64,000 nucleotides of DNA from an uncultured Actinomycetes bacterium. Lineage in GTDB: Bacteria; Chloroflexota; Dormibacteria; Aeolococcales; Aeolococcaceae. The position numbers and the translations under genes were made by a program. The notes under the pieces were generated by a model, which worked only from the letters and a program-made list of their open reading frames with translations, was not told where the DNA came from and did not search any database. Shown here piece by piece: positions 19,972-28,656 of this stretch (position 1 is its first letter; the number at the start of each line of letters is the position of its first letter). Location: NCBI GenBank assembly GCA_964508345.1, contig CAZDTK010000002.1:7389-71388 (forward strand). The letters are read 5' to 3'.

Positions 19972-21117
19972 TCAGCGCGACGCCGGGGCGAGGCTGGCGC
20001 GGGCGCGCTCCCGGGCCGTCTCGTAGACGTCAAGGATGCCCTCGACCACCACCCGCCAGTCGTAGCGGCGCGCCTTCTCGATGCCGCGGCCGGCCATGCT
20101 CCGGCGCAGCCCGGGATCGTCGATGAGGGACTCCAGGGCACGGGTGAAGCCCTCCGGCTTGCCCGGTGGCACCAGCAGCCCATCGCCGCCCGGATCGACC
20201 ACCTGGCTGAATCCGGGGATCGCCGAGGCCACCACCGGCAGCCCGCTCGCCATCGCCTCCAGCAGCACGATCCCGAAGCTCTCCCGTCCGGTGGCGGGCG
20301 AACAGAAGACGTCGGCGCCCGCATAGATCTGGGGCAGGACCTGGCCCGAGACGTGCCCCAGGAAGGTGACGTCGGGGACCCCATTGGCCTCGCACTGGCG
20401 CTCGTACGCCCAGCGCATCGGGCCGTCGCCGACGATCACCAGACGGCAGCCCGCTCGCCGGCGGCGGAGCTCCGCGTAGGCGGCGAGCAGGATCGGCAGG
20501 CCCTTGCGCTGCTCCATCCGGCCCACGAAGAGGATGGTCGCGACGCCCGGGACACGGAACTCGGGGGGCGGCTCCAGGTCGGGCCGGAAGCGAGCTCCGT
20601 CGATGCCGTTGGGGACGATCGTGTAGTCGCCCTGGAAGTAGCGGCTGACGAAGTCGCGGGCGGGCTGGCTGACGCAGATCAGGCCGTGGAGGCGGTGGAA
20701 GTAGCGGAGCAGGAACGGCCGGCCGTAGTAGTAGCCGAGGTTGCGGCGGGCCATGGCGTGGAAGGTGCCGACGTTGGCGCCGCGGTGGAAGCGGAGCGTC
20801 GTGATGGGCAGCCCGGGAACCAGCGGCTCGTGGTAGTGGACGACGTCGAAGTCCTCGCGGTCGAGCAGGGAGCGGACCCGGCGGACCAGATGGAAGGAGA
20901 GGGCGATCCGAGCGACCGAGCCGTTGCCGCGGAGCGGGACGCTGCCTCCGATGCGGACGAAACCGGGGATGTCCCGCGTGTCCGCCACCCGGTTGGAGGG
21001 GGCGAGGATGGTGACCTGGTGGTCCCGGCGGCGCAGCTCCTCGGCGAGGTGGCGAACGTGCTCGGTCACCCCGCCGGGGTGGGCGAAGTCGTAGGGGGAG
21101 ACCAGGCAGACCTTCAT
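19972..21117 (-). CDS. pimA: GT4 glycosyltransferase (phosphatidylinositol mannosyltransferase PimA-like)
   Basis: 381 aa. N-terminal MKVCLVSPYDFAHPGGVTEHVRHLAEEL, characteristic of PimA. GT4 C-terminal EX7E region. Confidence 0.8.
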   Translation of the reverse strand: MKVCLVSPYDFAHPGGVTEHVRHLAEELRRRDHQVTILAPSNRVADTRDIPGFVRIGGSVPLRGNGSVARIALSFHLVRRVRSLLDREDFDVVHYHEPLVPGLPITTLRFHRGANVGTFHAMARRNLGYYYGRPFLLRYFHRLHGLICVSQPARDFVSRYFQGDYTIVPNGIDGARFRPDLEPPPEFRVPGVATILFVGRMEQRKGLPILLAAYAELRRRRAGCRLVIVGDGPMRWAYERQCEANGVPDVTFLGHVSGQVLPQIYAGADVFCSPATGRESFGIVLLEAMASGLPVVASAIPGFSQVVDPGGDGLLVPPGKPEGFTRALESLIDDPGLRRSMAGRGIEKARRYDWRVVVEGILDVYETARERARASLAPASR

Positions 21118-21184
21118 CCCGCTGCCGCCCGGGCGCGCGTCGCGAGGCCACCGGGTGCGCGGCGGGCCGGGGCCGGCCGGTCGA

Positions 21185-22189
21185 TCATCGGCCCTCGTCC
21201 CAGATGGGGTCCAGGACGTGCCACTGCTCGGGGTGCTCCCGAATCTCCGCCTCGAAGATGGCGAGGATCTCCAGCACCACCCGGCGCAGCTCCTCGTGCC
21301 GGGGAGCGGTGCGGTCGTAGGCGATCTCCGGGTAGACGCGCACCCCGATCCCTCCGGGGATCCGGGGCAGGATCACGGGCATGATCACCGACCCCGCCCG
21401 CATGGCCACGTCGACGACCCCGACCGGGAAGCGCGCCTCGGCCCCGAAGAAGGGGTAGAGCTCGCCGTTGCCGATCAGGTCCCGGTCCATGGCAAGGGCG
21501 ATGGCACCGCCGCTCTTGAGGATGCGGAGCACGTCGCGCATGGCGGAGGCGCCGAGCCGTCTCGCCGTGGCCTCGTCCGCACCCTTGATGGCGGCGATGT
21601 CGATGGGGACGATGCGCACCCCCTGGGCGCGCCGCGAACCCACCACCCGCTCGAAGAGCTGGGGGGGCCGCAGGTACTCGGCGAGCAGGGCCATCGGGTA
21701 GCCGAGGCTGTTGCCGGCGGCGAGCCCCTTCTCCCACGAGCCGAGGTGGAGCGAGATGACTGCGACACCCCGGCCGCTGGCGGCCGCCTCGATGTAGCGC
21801 TCCATGTGGTCGATGACCAGCCCCTTGCTGATGGCGTCGCCCTCGAAGCGCATCGCCATCACGTCGACCCAGGCGCGGGCGACGTCGCGCAGATTGCGCC
21901 GCACCACCCGGTCGAGCTCCCGGGGCGGGAGATCGGGGAGCACATGGGCGAGGTTGGCGCGTAGCCCGCGGACAGCCCCCGGCCGGACGGTGCGGAGGAC
22001 CTCCACGCAGGCGACGGCCACGCGGTAGGCGGCCGGCCGGGGAAGCACGCGGACGATGCTCTCGCCGACCCGATAGGCGTAGTAGGGCAGCATGGAACCA
22101 CCGTCGTCACCAACGGGAGCGACGGCCCCCGCGGGGACCTCGCCGCTGGGGCCGTGCTCGATGTGACGGCCGACGCTGGTCATCGCCAC
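21185..22189 (-). CDS. LpxL/HtrB-family lipid acyltransferase (PIM acyltransferase PatA-like)
   Basis: 334 aa lysophospholipid-acyltransferase-like protein. Lies between ino1 and pimA, matching the Rv2611c-type acyltransferase of PIM clusters. Confidence 0.75.
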   Translation of the reverse strand: MAMTSVGRHIEHGPSGEVPAGAVAPVGDDGGSMLPYYAYRVGESIVRVLPRPAAYRVAVACVEVLRTVRPGAVRGLRANLAHVLPDLPPRELDRVVRRNLRDVARAWVDVMAMRFEGDAISKGLVIDHMERYIEAAASGRGVAVISLHLGSWEKGLAAGNSLGYPMALLAEYLRPPQLFERVVGSRRAQGVRIVPIDIAAIKGADEATARRLGASAMRDVLRILKSGGAIALAMDRDLIGNGELYPFFGAEARFPVGVVDVAMRAGSVIMPVILPRIPGGIGVRVYPEIAYDRTAPRHEELRRVVLEILAIFEAEIREHPEQWHVLDPIWDEGR

Positions 22190-22222
22190 CCCGGTGAGGC
22201 TCCTGCTACGGGGTGCAGGCTA

Positions 22223-23404
22223 TCAGGCGACGGGGGGGTCGGCCACAGGCTGGGCGACCAGGGACTTGGGCGCCACCGGCTTGGCGTGCCCGTTGCCCCC
22301 GGTGGGCGGGGTGCCCCCCGTGGGTGCGGCACCGGTGCCGGCGATGAACGCCTCGGTGAGCTCGCGGGCCCGGTTGTCCGAGTACTGCTTGGGCGGCGAC
22401 TTCATGAAGTAGGACGAGGGCCCCTCCAGGGTCCCCGACAGGCCGCGGTCCAGCCCCAGCTTGCAGCAGCGGACGGCATCGATGACGATCCCTGCGCTGT
22501 TCGGCGAGTCGACGACCTCCAGCTTCAGCTCCACGTTGATGGGGATGTCGCCGAAGGAGCGACCCTCCATCCGGATGTAGCACCACTTGCGGTCGTCGAG
22601 CCAGCGCACGTAGTCGGACGGGCCGATGTGGATGTTGCGGTCGTCCAGCTTCTGGTCGAGCTGGGAGCGGACGCTGTTGGTCTTGCTGATCTTCTTGCTG
22701 ACCAGGCGCTCGCGCTCCAGCATGTTGAGGAAGTCGGTGTTGCCGCCGAAGTTGAGCTGGTAGGTGTTCTCGATGCGCACCCCGCGATCCTGGAAGAGGC
22801 GGGTCAGGACCCGGTGGATGATGGTGGCCCCGACCTGGGACTTGATGTCGTCGCCGATGACCGGGACGCCCGCCTTGCGGAAGCGCTCCTGCCAGTAGTC
22901 CTCACGGGCGATGAACACGGGCATGCAGTTGACCATGGCGCAGCCGGCGGCCAGGATCTGCTCCGTGTACCACTTGGTGGCCTCCTCGCTGCCCACCGGG
23001 AGGTAGTTGATGACCACATCGGTGCCCGTGTCCTTGAGCACCTGGACGATGTCGGCGGTGGAACCCGGGGCCTTGGTGATCACCTCTTTGAGGTACTTGC
23101 CGAGGCCGTCGTGGGTCATGCCCCGGACCACCTTCACGCCCTTGGCGGGGACGTCGGAGAACTTTGGGGTGCAGTTCTGACCGCTGAAGATGGCCTCGGA
23201 GAGATCCTTGCCCACCTTCTCGACGTCGATGTCGACGGCCGCCGAGAACTCGATGTCGGAGATGTGGTAGCCGCCGAGGTCGACGTGCATGAGACCGGGG
23301 ACCTGCTCGCCCGGCTCCGCGTGCTTGTAGTACTCCACGCCCTGCACCAGGGAGGACGCGCAGTTGCCGACGCCGATGATGGCCACCCGGACCTTGTTGC
23401 TCAT
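22223..23404 (-). CDS. ino1: myo-inositol-1-phosphate synthase
   Basis: 393 aa. N-terminal [18 protein letters not shown] and conserved blocks of bacterial/archaeal Ino1. Unusual C-terminal Pro/Thr/Gly-rich tail of about 35 aa. Confidence 0.9.
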   Translation of the reverse strand: MSNKVRVAIIGVGNCASSLVQGVEYYKHAEPGEQVPGLMHVDLGGYHISDIEFSAAVDIDVEKVGKDLSEAIFSGQNCTPKFSDVPAKGVKVVRGMTHDGLGKYLKEVITKAPGSTADIVQVLKDTGTDVVINYLPVGSEEATKWYTEQILAAGCAMVNCMPVFIAREDYWQERFRKAGVPVIGDDIKSQVGATIIHRVLTRLFQDRGVRIENTYQLNFGGNTDFLNMLERERLVSKKISKTNSVRSQLDQKLDDRNIHIGPSDYVRWLDDRKWCYIRMEGRSFGDIPINVELKLEVVDSPNSAGIVIDAVRCCKLGLDRGLSGTLEGPSSYFMKSPPKQYSDNRARELTEAFIAGTGAAPTGGTPPTGGNGHAKPVAPKSLVAQPVADPPVA

Positions 23405-23799
23405 GTGACTCCCTCGCTGACTGGCGCGCTCGGCGCCTCGGTAGTATGGCTGAGCTCGGGGGCGTTGCTGCGGTCGGCGCCACCTCCGAGGATCTGGACG
23501 AAGCTGTCCAGGTTGCGGTTGATGGCGTCGCGGTCGAGGCGGCAGAGGACCTCGCGCCCCTCGCGGCGGGTGGAGATGATCTGAGCGTGACGGAGGATGC
23601 GGAGGTGCCAGCTCATCCGGGGCTGGCTGGCCTTGCAGAGCGCGGCCAGCTCCGAGACCCGGACCTCGCCCCGCCGGGCCAGGATGTCGACGATGGCGAG
23701 CCGGGTCGGGTTGGCCAGCCCCTCGAAGTGAACGGAGAGGTCGAAGACACCGGAGGCGATCGCCCCCGGGACCGCCCGCCGCGGGCTGTGCGAATGCAT
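23401..23799 (-). CDS. ArsR/SmtB-family transcriptional regulator
   Basis: About 133 aa from MHSHSP. Winged-HTH [48 protein letters not shown]. Its stop overlaps the ino1 start. Confidence 0.75.
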   Translation of the reverse strand: MHSHSPRRAVPGAIASGVFDLSVHFEGLANPTRLAIVDILARRGEVRVSELAALCKASQPRMSWHLRILRHAQIISTRREGREVLCRLDRDAINRNLDSFVQILGGGADRSNAPELSHTTEAPSAPVSEGVT

Positions 23800-23875
23800 A
23801 ACCGAATCTTTCATAAAGATACCTTGAATAAAGAGTACGTTATGAATAGCCGCTTTGCAAGCCCTCCGGCCGTGT
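23800..23875. promoter_or_regulatory. AT-rich promoter region with inverted repeat TTCATAA-N24-TTATGAA upstream of the arsR-ino1 operon
   Basis: Locally AT-rich sequence in a roughly 70% GC genome. Inverted 7-mers at about 23812-23818 and 23843-23849. Confidence 0.35.
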
Positions 23876-24025
23876 GAATCTCCACTGATTAAGTGGACCA
23901 TGCCAGGATGAGCGCGAGCTGCCGACCACCGTCGTCCGGAGCGACCCCGTGGCTGGGCGTCGCGCGACGACCCGAGACCTTGCGCCTCCACAGGCCGTCG
24001 TGGAATGCCGCCGTAGCATGAAGGG

Positions 24026-24904
24026 GTGACAGCCTCGGCGGGAGACGCGCGGGAACCGGTGGCCGCGACCGGCGAGTTCGACCTCCGGGTCGCCGGTGGA
24101 AGGTTCCATGCCCGGCGCTTCGGAGCGCCGGACGACCCGCTCGTGATCTGCCTCCCGGGGCTCTCCGCCAACCTGGCCGGCTTCGACTACGTCGCCGAGC
24201 GGGTCGCCGGCGACGGGCTCCAGTTGGTGGCGGTCGATCTGCGCGGAAGGGGGCGGAGTGAGCTCACTCCTCTGGGTACCTACGGCTGGCCCGCCCACGC
24301 TCGCGACTGCCTCGATCTGGCCAGTGCGCTGGGCGCGGACCGCTTCAGCGTCGTCGGCCAGTCGATGGGGGGAGCGGTGGCGATGGAGGCTGCCGCGCTG
24401 GCGGGGGCTCGGATCCGCCGCCTCGTCCTGATCGACATCTGCGGCGACCCCGATTCCTCCACGGTCCCGCTGATCAGGGCCGCGGTGGAGCGCCTGGGCA
24501 CCGTCCACCCTTCGCTCGAGGGCTACCTGGCCGCGGTGCGGGGCCTGGGAACGATCCGGCCCTGGAGCGAGTACTGGGAACGCTACTTCGAATACGAGCT
24601 GGAGCCGGTGGCGGGCGGCGTGCGCGCGCGCAGCGATCGCGGAGCGGTGCTGGAGGATCTCACCTACGGGGAGGAGCACAGCGCCCACGACCTGTGGCCC
24701 CGGCTGACGATGCCGGTGCTGCTCCTGCGCGCCACCCAGGAGCTGCAGCCGGGCGCGGGGCACATCGTCCCGGTGGCGGAGCGCGATCGCTTCACGGGTG
24801 AGGTGCCCGGGGTGCGCGTGGTGGAGGTCGACGTCAACCACTACGGGATCAACGCCCACCGCCAGAGTGCCGCGGCCATTCGGGAGTTCCTGACCCAGGC
24901 CTGA
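24026..24904 (+). CDS. Alpha/beta-fold hydrolase
   Basis: 292 aa. Nucleophile elbow GQSMGG. Abhydrolase-like layout. Confidence 0.8.
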   Translation: MTASAGDAREPVAATGEFDLRVAGGRFHARRFGAPDDPLVICLPGLSANLAGFDYVAERVAGDGLQLVAVDLRGRGRSELTPLGTYGWPAHARDCLDLASALGADRFSVVGQSMGGAVAMEAAALAGARIRRLVLIDICGDPDSSTVPLIRAAVERLGTVHPSLEGYLAAVRGLGTIRPWSEYWERYFEYELEPVAGGVRARSDRGAVLEDLTYGEEHSAHDLWPRLTMPVLLLRATQELQPGAGHIVPVAERDRFTGEVPGVRVVEVDVNHYGINAHRQSAAAIREFLTQA

Positions 24905-24987
24905 GTCCGGTTTCGGGGAGGGGCGGGAGCGGCCGGCTCCGTGCCCGGGGCCGCGGGCTCCTGGCTTGAGTATCCTTGCCGATCGAT

Positions 24988-25064
24988 CCCAGGGTAGCCA
25001 AGCTGGTCAAGGCAACGGTCTGTAAAACCGTGTATCGCTGGTTCGAGTCCAGCCCCTGGGACCA
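24988..25064 (+). tRNA. tRNA-Tyr (anticodon GUA), archaeal/eukaryal-like class I structure with a C1:G72 first pair and a 5-nt variable loop
   Basis: Hand-folded cloverleaf. Acceptor CCCAGGG/CCCTGGG, D-arm GCC-AAGCTGGTCAA-GGC, anticodon stem ACGGT/ACCGT with loop CTGTAAA (U33, G34 U35 A36, A37), variable GTATC, T-arm GCTGG-TTCGAGT-CCAGC, discriminator A, encoded CCA. Bacterial tRNA-Tyr normally has a long variable arm and G1:C72. Confidence 0.75.
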
Positions 25065-25123
25065 CTCGCCCCCGCGTGCCGCACCGCGGTCCCCCGAGCC
25101 ATGGAGGCATCCCGGCCCCCGCC

Positions 25124-26278
25124 ATGACCCCCTCCCCCACCGCCGCCGAGATCGACCGCCGGGCGGCGCTCATCGAGCGCAACCTCGCCGAGCTGCTCAC
25201 CCATGAGGAGCTCAGCGGACTGCTGGCGGGCGGTGAGCCGCTCCGCCACTACATCGGCTATGAGATCTCGGGGCGCGTGCACCTCGGCGGCGGCCTGGTG
25301 GCCATGGCCAAGGTTCGCGACTTCCAGGCGGCCGGGGTCGACTGCTCCGTGCTGCTCGCCGACTGGCACACCTGGATCAACGACAAGCTCGGCGGCGACC
25401 GCGATCGCATCCGCCGCCTCGCTCTCTCCTACTACGGGGAGGCGATGCGGGCGTCGCTGCTCTGCGTGGACGGTGACCCGGCGGCGCTCCGTCTGGTACT
25501 GGCCTCGGACGTCTACGCGGACCCCGCCCGCGACTACTGGGCCACCGTCATCGAGGTGAGCAAGCACACGTCGGTGGCCCGCATGCAGCGCAGCATCACC
25601 ATCCTCGGCCGCAGGGAGGGTGAGCAGCACGACTTCGCCAAGCTCATCTACCCGGCCATGCAGGCGGCCGACATCTTCGCCCTCGGGGTGCACATCGCCC
25701 ACGCCGGGATGGACCAGCGCAAGGCCCACGTGGTCGCGCGCGACGTCGCCACCAGGATGCGGATCAATCCACTCCGCAACGCCGCCGGCACCCCCGTCAA
25801 GCCCCTGGCGGCCCACCACCCGCTGCTGACCGGCCTGCTCAAGCCGGACCGCTGGCCGGTGCCGCCGGAGGAGCGCGCCGAGGCGCTCGCGGCCATGAAG
25901 ATGAGCAAGTCGAAGCCGCGCTCCGCGGTCTTCATCCACGACTCCCCCGACGAGATCAGGGCCAAGCTGCGCTCCGCCTTCTGCCCTCCCGGGGAGGTGG
26001 AGCTGAACCCGGTGATCGACTGGATCGAGAAGCTCTGCTTCGGTCTCGGGGACAGCGAGCTGAGGGTCGCGCGCAGGCCGGAGAACGGAGGTCCGGTCAC
26101 CTTCTTCTCGATCCAGGAGGTGCGCGACGCCTACGCCTCGGGCGCCCTCCACCCCATGGATGCCAAGAGTGCCCTGGCCGACCGGTTGATCGATCGCTTG
26201 GAGCCGGCCCGTGCGCACTTCGCCGACCCGGAGCGGGCGGCGGCGCTGGCGGAGATGGAGGCGCTCACCGCCGCCTGA
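25124..26278 (+). CDS. tyrS: Tyrosyl-tRNA synthetase, archaeal/eukaryal type (class Ic)
   Basis: 384 aa from the ATG at 25124, with GGAGG 16 nt upstream. Co-linear with M. jannaschii TyrRS: YIGYEISGRVHLGG matches YIGFEPSGKIHLGH; IYPAMQAADIFALGV matches IYPIMQVNDIHYLGV; KMSKSK is intact; DSPDEIRAKLRSAFCPPGEVELNP matches [24 protein letters not shown]; the C-terminal HPMDAKSALADRLIDRLEP matches HPMDLKNAVAEELIKILEP. The Tyr-OH binding residues equivalent to Y32 and D158 are conserved. Confidence 0.85.
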   Translation: MTPSPTAAEIDRRAALIERNLAELLTHEELSGLLAGGEPLRHYIGYEISGRVHLGGGLVAMAKVRDFQAAGVDCSVLLADWHTWINDKLGGDRDRIRRLALSYYGEAMRASLLCVDGDPAALRLVLASDVYADPARDYWATVIEVSKHTSVARMQRSITILGRREGEQHDFAKLIYPAMQAADIFALGVHIAHAGMDQRKAHVVARDVATRMRINPLRNAAGTPVKPLAAHHPLLTGLLKPDRWPVPPEERAEALAAMKMSKSKPRSAVFIHDSPDEIRAKLRSAFCPPGEVELNPVIDWIEKLCFGLGDSELRVARRPENGGPVTFFSIQEVRDAYASGALHPMDAKSALADRLIDRLEPARAHFADPERAAALAEMEALTAA

Positions 26279-26317
26279 GCGGCGCGCGGCTCGGCCGGGG
26301 CACCACGGCCCGACCGC

Positions 26318-26614
26318 TCAGTGGTCGTCCTCGGCGGGGCGGCGCTGGGCGATGCGGTCGCGAAGCGCGTCCTCCATCTCGCCCGAGCTGCCACCCTCGC
26401 GGCGCAGCCAGAAGGGGATCTTCTCGCCCCGCTTCTCGGCCTCGGCGGCCCGCCGCTCCGCCTCCAGGCTGCGCCGCAGGGTGGCGTCCACCGCCGCCTC
26501 CAGCGTGGCCCCTCCGGCGGTCAGCCCCGGGACCAGGTCGGCCGCGATGACCACCGTGTTGGGCGGTGGGGGCGGTGGCGTCGCGGAGCCCAGAAGGCGT
26601 CCAAAGAAGGACAC
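26318..26614 (-). CDS. Hypothetical small protein (98 aa)
   Basis: ORF antisense to the otsA upstream region. GTG start and no clear SD. Composition is moderately protein-like (FWLRREGGSSGEMEDALRDRIAQRR). Weak call. Confidence 0.25.
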   Translation of the reverse strand: MSFFGRLLGSATPPPPPPNTVVIAADLVPGLTAGGATLEAAVDATLRRSLEAERRAAEAEKRGEKIPFWLRREGGSSGEMEDALRDRIAQRRPAEDDH

Positions 26615-26872
26615 GGCTGCGCGAGTCTACCCGGCCGGCGCGGCGGGCCGCCGGACCGACGAATCCCGTGGGGGACACGCCGACCCGAACGCGGAGACCT
26701 CTCCGGAACCGTGTCCCAGGCTGCTAGCGTCGTATCGGCGCTGCGCTGCTGCAAGCTCCGGCAGGCACCCGCGGCGTATGGAGCATTCGGAACCGCCCAG
26801 CAGGGTCGACAGGCCGCAAGGAGACCGAAACTGCCCGCGCTCGAACCCTACACCCGGCGTCTGCTTCGCCAT

Positions 26873-28327
26873 GTGAGCCCGATCGTGGTCGCCAACCGGG
26901 CCCCGCTCGTGCTGGTGCCAGAGGACCCGCTGCTGGGGCGGCCGGAACGGCTGGTCAAGGGGGCGGGCGGACTGGTGACCGCGCTCTCGTCGCTGGCGGC
27001 GGAGACCGGGGCGCTCTGGGTGGCGGCGGCACGCGACCAGCAGGACCGGCAGCTGGCCGGGCGCGGCGATCCGGCCCACCTCCGCACCGACGACGGCACC
27101 GAATACCGGGTGGCCTTCATCCAGCCCGACGCTGCCGCCTACGACCTCTACTACAACGTCATCGCCAACCCGCTGCTCTGGTTCATCCAGCACTACCTCT
27201 GGGACCTTGCCCGGGAACCGGTGGTCGATGCGTCCACCCGCCACGCCTGGCGCGAGGGCTACGTGGCCGTCAACCGGATGTTCGCTGACCGGGTCGTCGA
27301 GGAGGCGGCCGGGAGCGACCGCCCTCCACTTGTGCTGATCCAGGACTACCAGCTCTATCTGGTCGCCCGAATGGTGCGCGAGCGCCTCCCCGAGGTGCGG
27401 CTGCAGCACTTCGTGCACATCCCCTGGCCGACTCCGCAGTACTGGAAGATCCTGCCCAAACCGATCCGCGACGAGATCGTCCACGGGCTCCTCGGCAACG
27501 ACATCATCGGCTTCCAGACCAGCCGTGACGTGCGCAACTTCCTGCTCACGTGCGAGGAGAACCTGGGGCTCGGGGTCGACCTCCGGGAGCGCACCGTCTA
27601 CTACCAGGGGAGGGCGGTGTGGGTCCGCCACTACCCGATCAGCATCGACATCCCCAGCTTCGCTGAACAGGTCGTCGATCCGCTCGTCCTGGACGAGGAG
27701 CGGCGGATCGAGGGGTGGCGACCCGAGAAGCTGATCCTGCGGGTGGACCGAACCGACCTCAGCAAGAACATCGTCCGCGGCTTTCTCGCCTACGAGCGGA
27801 TGCTGGAGATGCACATCGATCTGCACCGCCGGGTCCAGTTCTGGGCGTTCCTGCAGCCGAGCCGGCAGGACATCGGCGACTACCGCTCCTACCTCGGCAG
27901 CGTGCTCTCAGTGGCGGCGCGGATCAACCGGCGCTTCTCCGGCGGCGGCTGGACGCCGATACGGGTCGAGGTCGAGGAGAACATGCATAAGGCGATCGCC
28001 GCCTACAAGTGCTTCGACGTGCTGCTGGTCAATCCCATCTACGACGGGATGAACCTGGTCGCCAAGGAGGGTCCGCTCTGCAACACCCGCAACGGGGTCC
28101 TCGTCCTCAGTGAGAACGCGGGGGCCCACGAGGAGATCGGGGACTTCGCCCTCACGGTCAACCCCTTCGACATCGACGAGACGGCGGAGGCGCTCCTGAT
28201 GGGGCTGATCATGGAGGAGCCGGAGCGGGCGGCCCGGGCGGAGAGGATGCGCGACACGATACGGAGCAACGACCTCTCCCGCTGGATCGGGAACCAGCTG
28301 CAGGACCTGCGCGAACTGATCGGCTAG
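26873..28327 (+). CDS. otsA: Alpha,alpha-trehalose-phosphate synthase (GT20, OtsA-like)
   Basis: GT20 blocks (IVVANRAP, LIQDYQLYLVA, HIPWP, GFQT, NPIYDGMNLVAKE). The start is uncertain: no in-frame ATG, so a GTG at 26873 is proposed. Confidence 0.75.
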   Translation: MSPIVVANRAPLVLVPEDPLLGRPERLVKGAGGLVTALSSLAAETGALWVAAARDQQDRQLAGRGDPAHLRTDDGTEYRVAFIQPDAAAYDLYYNVIANPLLWFIQHYLWDLAREPVVDASTRHAWREGYVAVNRMFADRVVEEAAGSDRPPLVLIQDYQLYLVARMVRERLPEVRLQHFVHIPWPTPQYWKILPKPIRDEIVHGLLGNDIIGFQTSRDVRNFLLTCEENLGLGVDLRERTVYYQGRAVWVRHYPISIDIPSFAEQVVDPLVLDEERRIEGWRPEKLILRVDRTDLSKNIVRGFLAYERMLEMHIDLHRRVQFWAFLQPSRQDIGDYRSYLGSVLSVAARINRRFSGGGWTPIRVEVEENMHKAIAAYKCFDVLLVNPIYDGMNLVAKEGPLCNTRNGVLVLSENAGAHEEIGDFALTVNPFDIDETAEALLMGLIMEEPERAARAERMRDTIRSNDLSRWIGNQLQDLRELIG

Positions 28328-28464
28328 CTCGCGCCGCTCATTTCCGTCCAGCTCGGCGTCGGCTCCGCTGCTCGGGCGGTCACCCACGCCGGTGCGCTCC
28401 CACCCTGTGCTGCTCGCCTCCTTGATCTGAACGGCCTGAGCGGCGCGTTCGGATGTGAGCGGCG

Positions 28465-28656
28465 CTAGTGGCCCAGGCCGGCGAAGCCGGCGACAAAGAG
28501 CCAGAAGACCACCGCGGCAATCGCCACCCAGAGGGCGATCAGCCCGGAACGCCGCGCCGCGAAGTCCCGGGCACGGCGCCGCTTGAGCCAGCGCTCCCGA
28601 ACCGCCAGGTCGTCAAGGCCGCTGGGGACGGAGGGTCGTGGCGTGTCAGCCATCAC
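28465..28656 (-). CDS. Small hypothetical membrane protein (63 aa)
   Basis: Basic N-terminus followed by one TM helix LIALWVAIAAVVFWLFVAGFAGL. Divergent from the MerR-like gene. Confidence 0.35.
   Translation of the reverse strand: MMADTPRPSVPSGLDDLAVRERWLKRRRARDFAARRSGLIALWVAIAAVVFWLFVAGFAGLGH

Noticed and set aside
22154-23584. 476-aa + strand ORF
   Set aside because: Antisense to ino1 and arsR.
24966-24972. CTTGAGT, which matches one half of the HspR HAIR operator, just upstream of tRNA-Tyr
   Set aside because: Only a half-site. No ACTCAAG partner at the expected 7-nt spacing. A 7-mer alone is not significant.
25076-25123. GTG start at 25076 for TyrRS
   Set aside because: It would place the start only 12 nt after the tRNA 3' end and add a Pro/Gly-rich 16-aa extension. 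The ATG at 25124 with a GGAGG SD is more plausible, although it is not proven.
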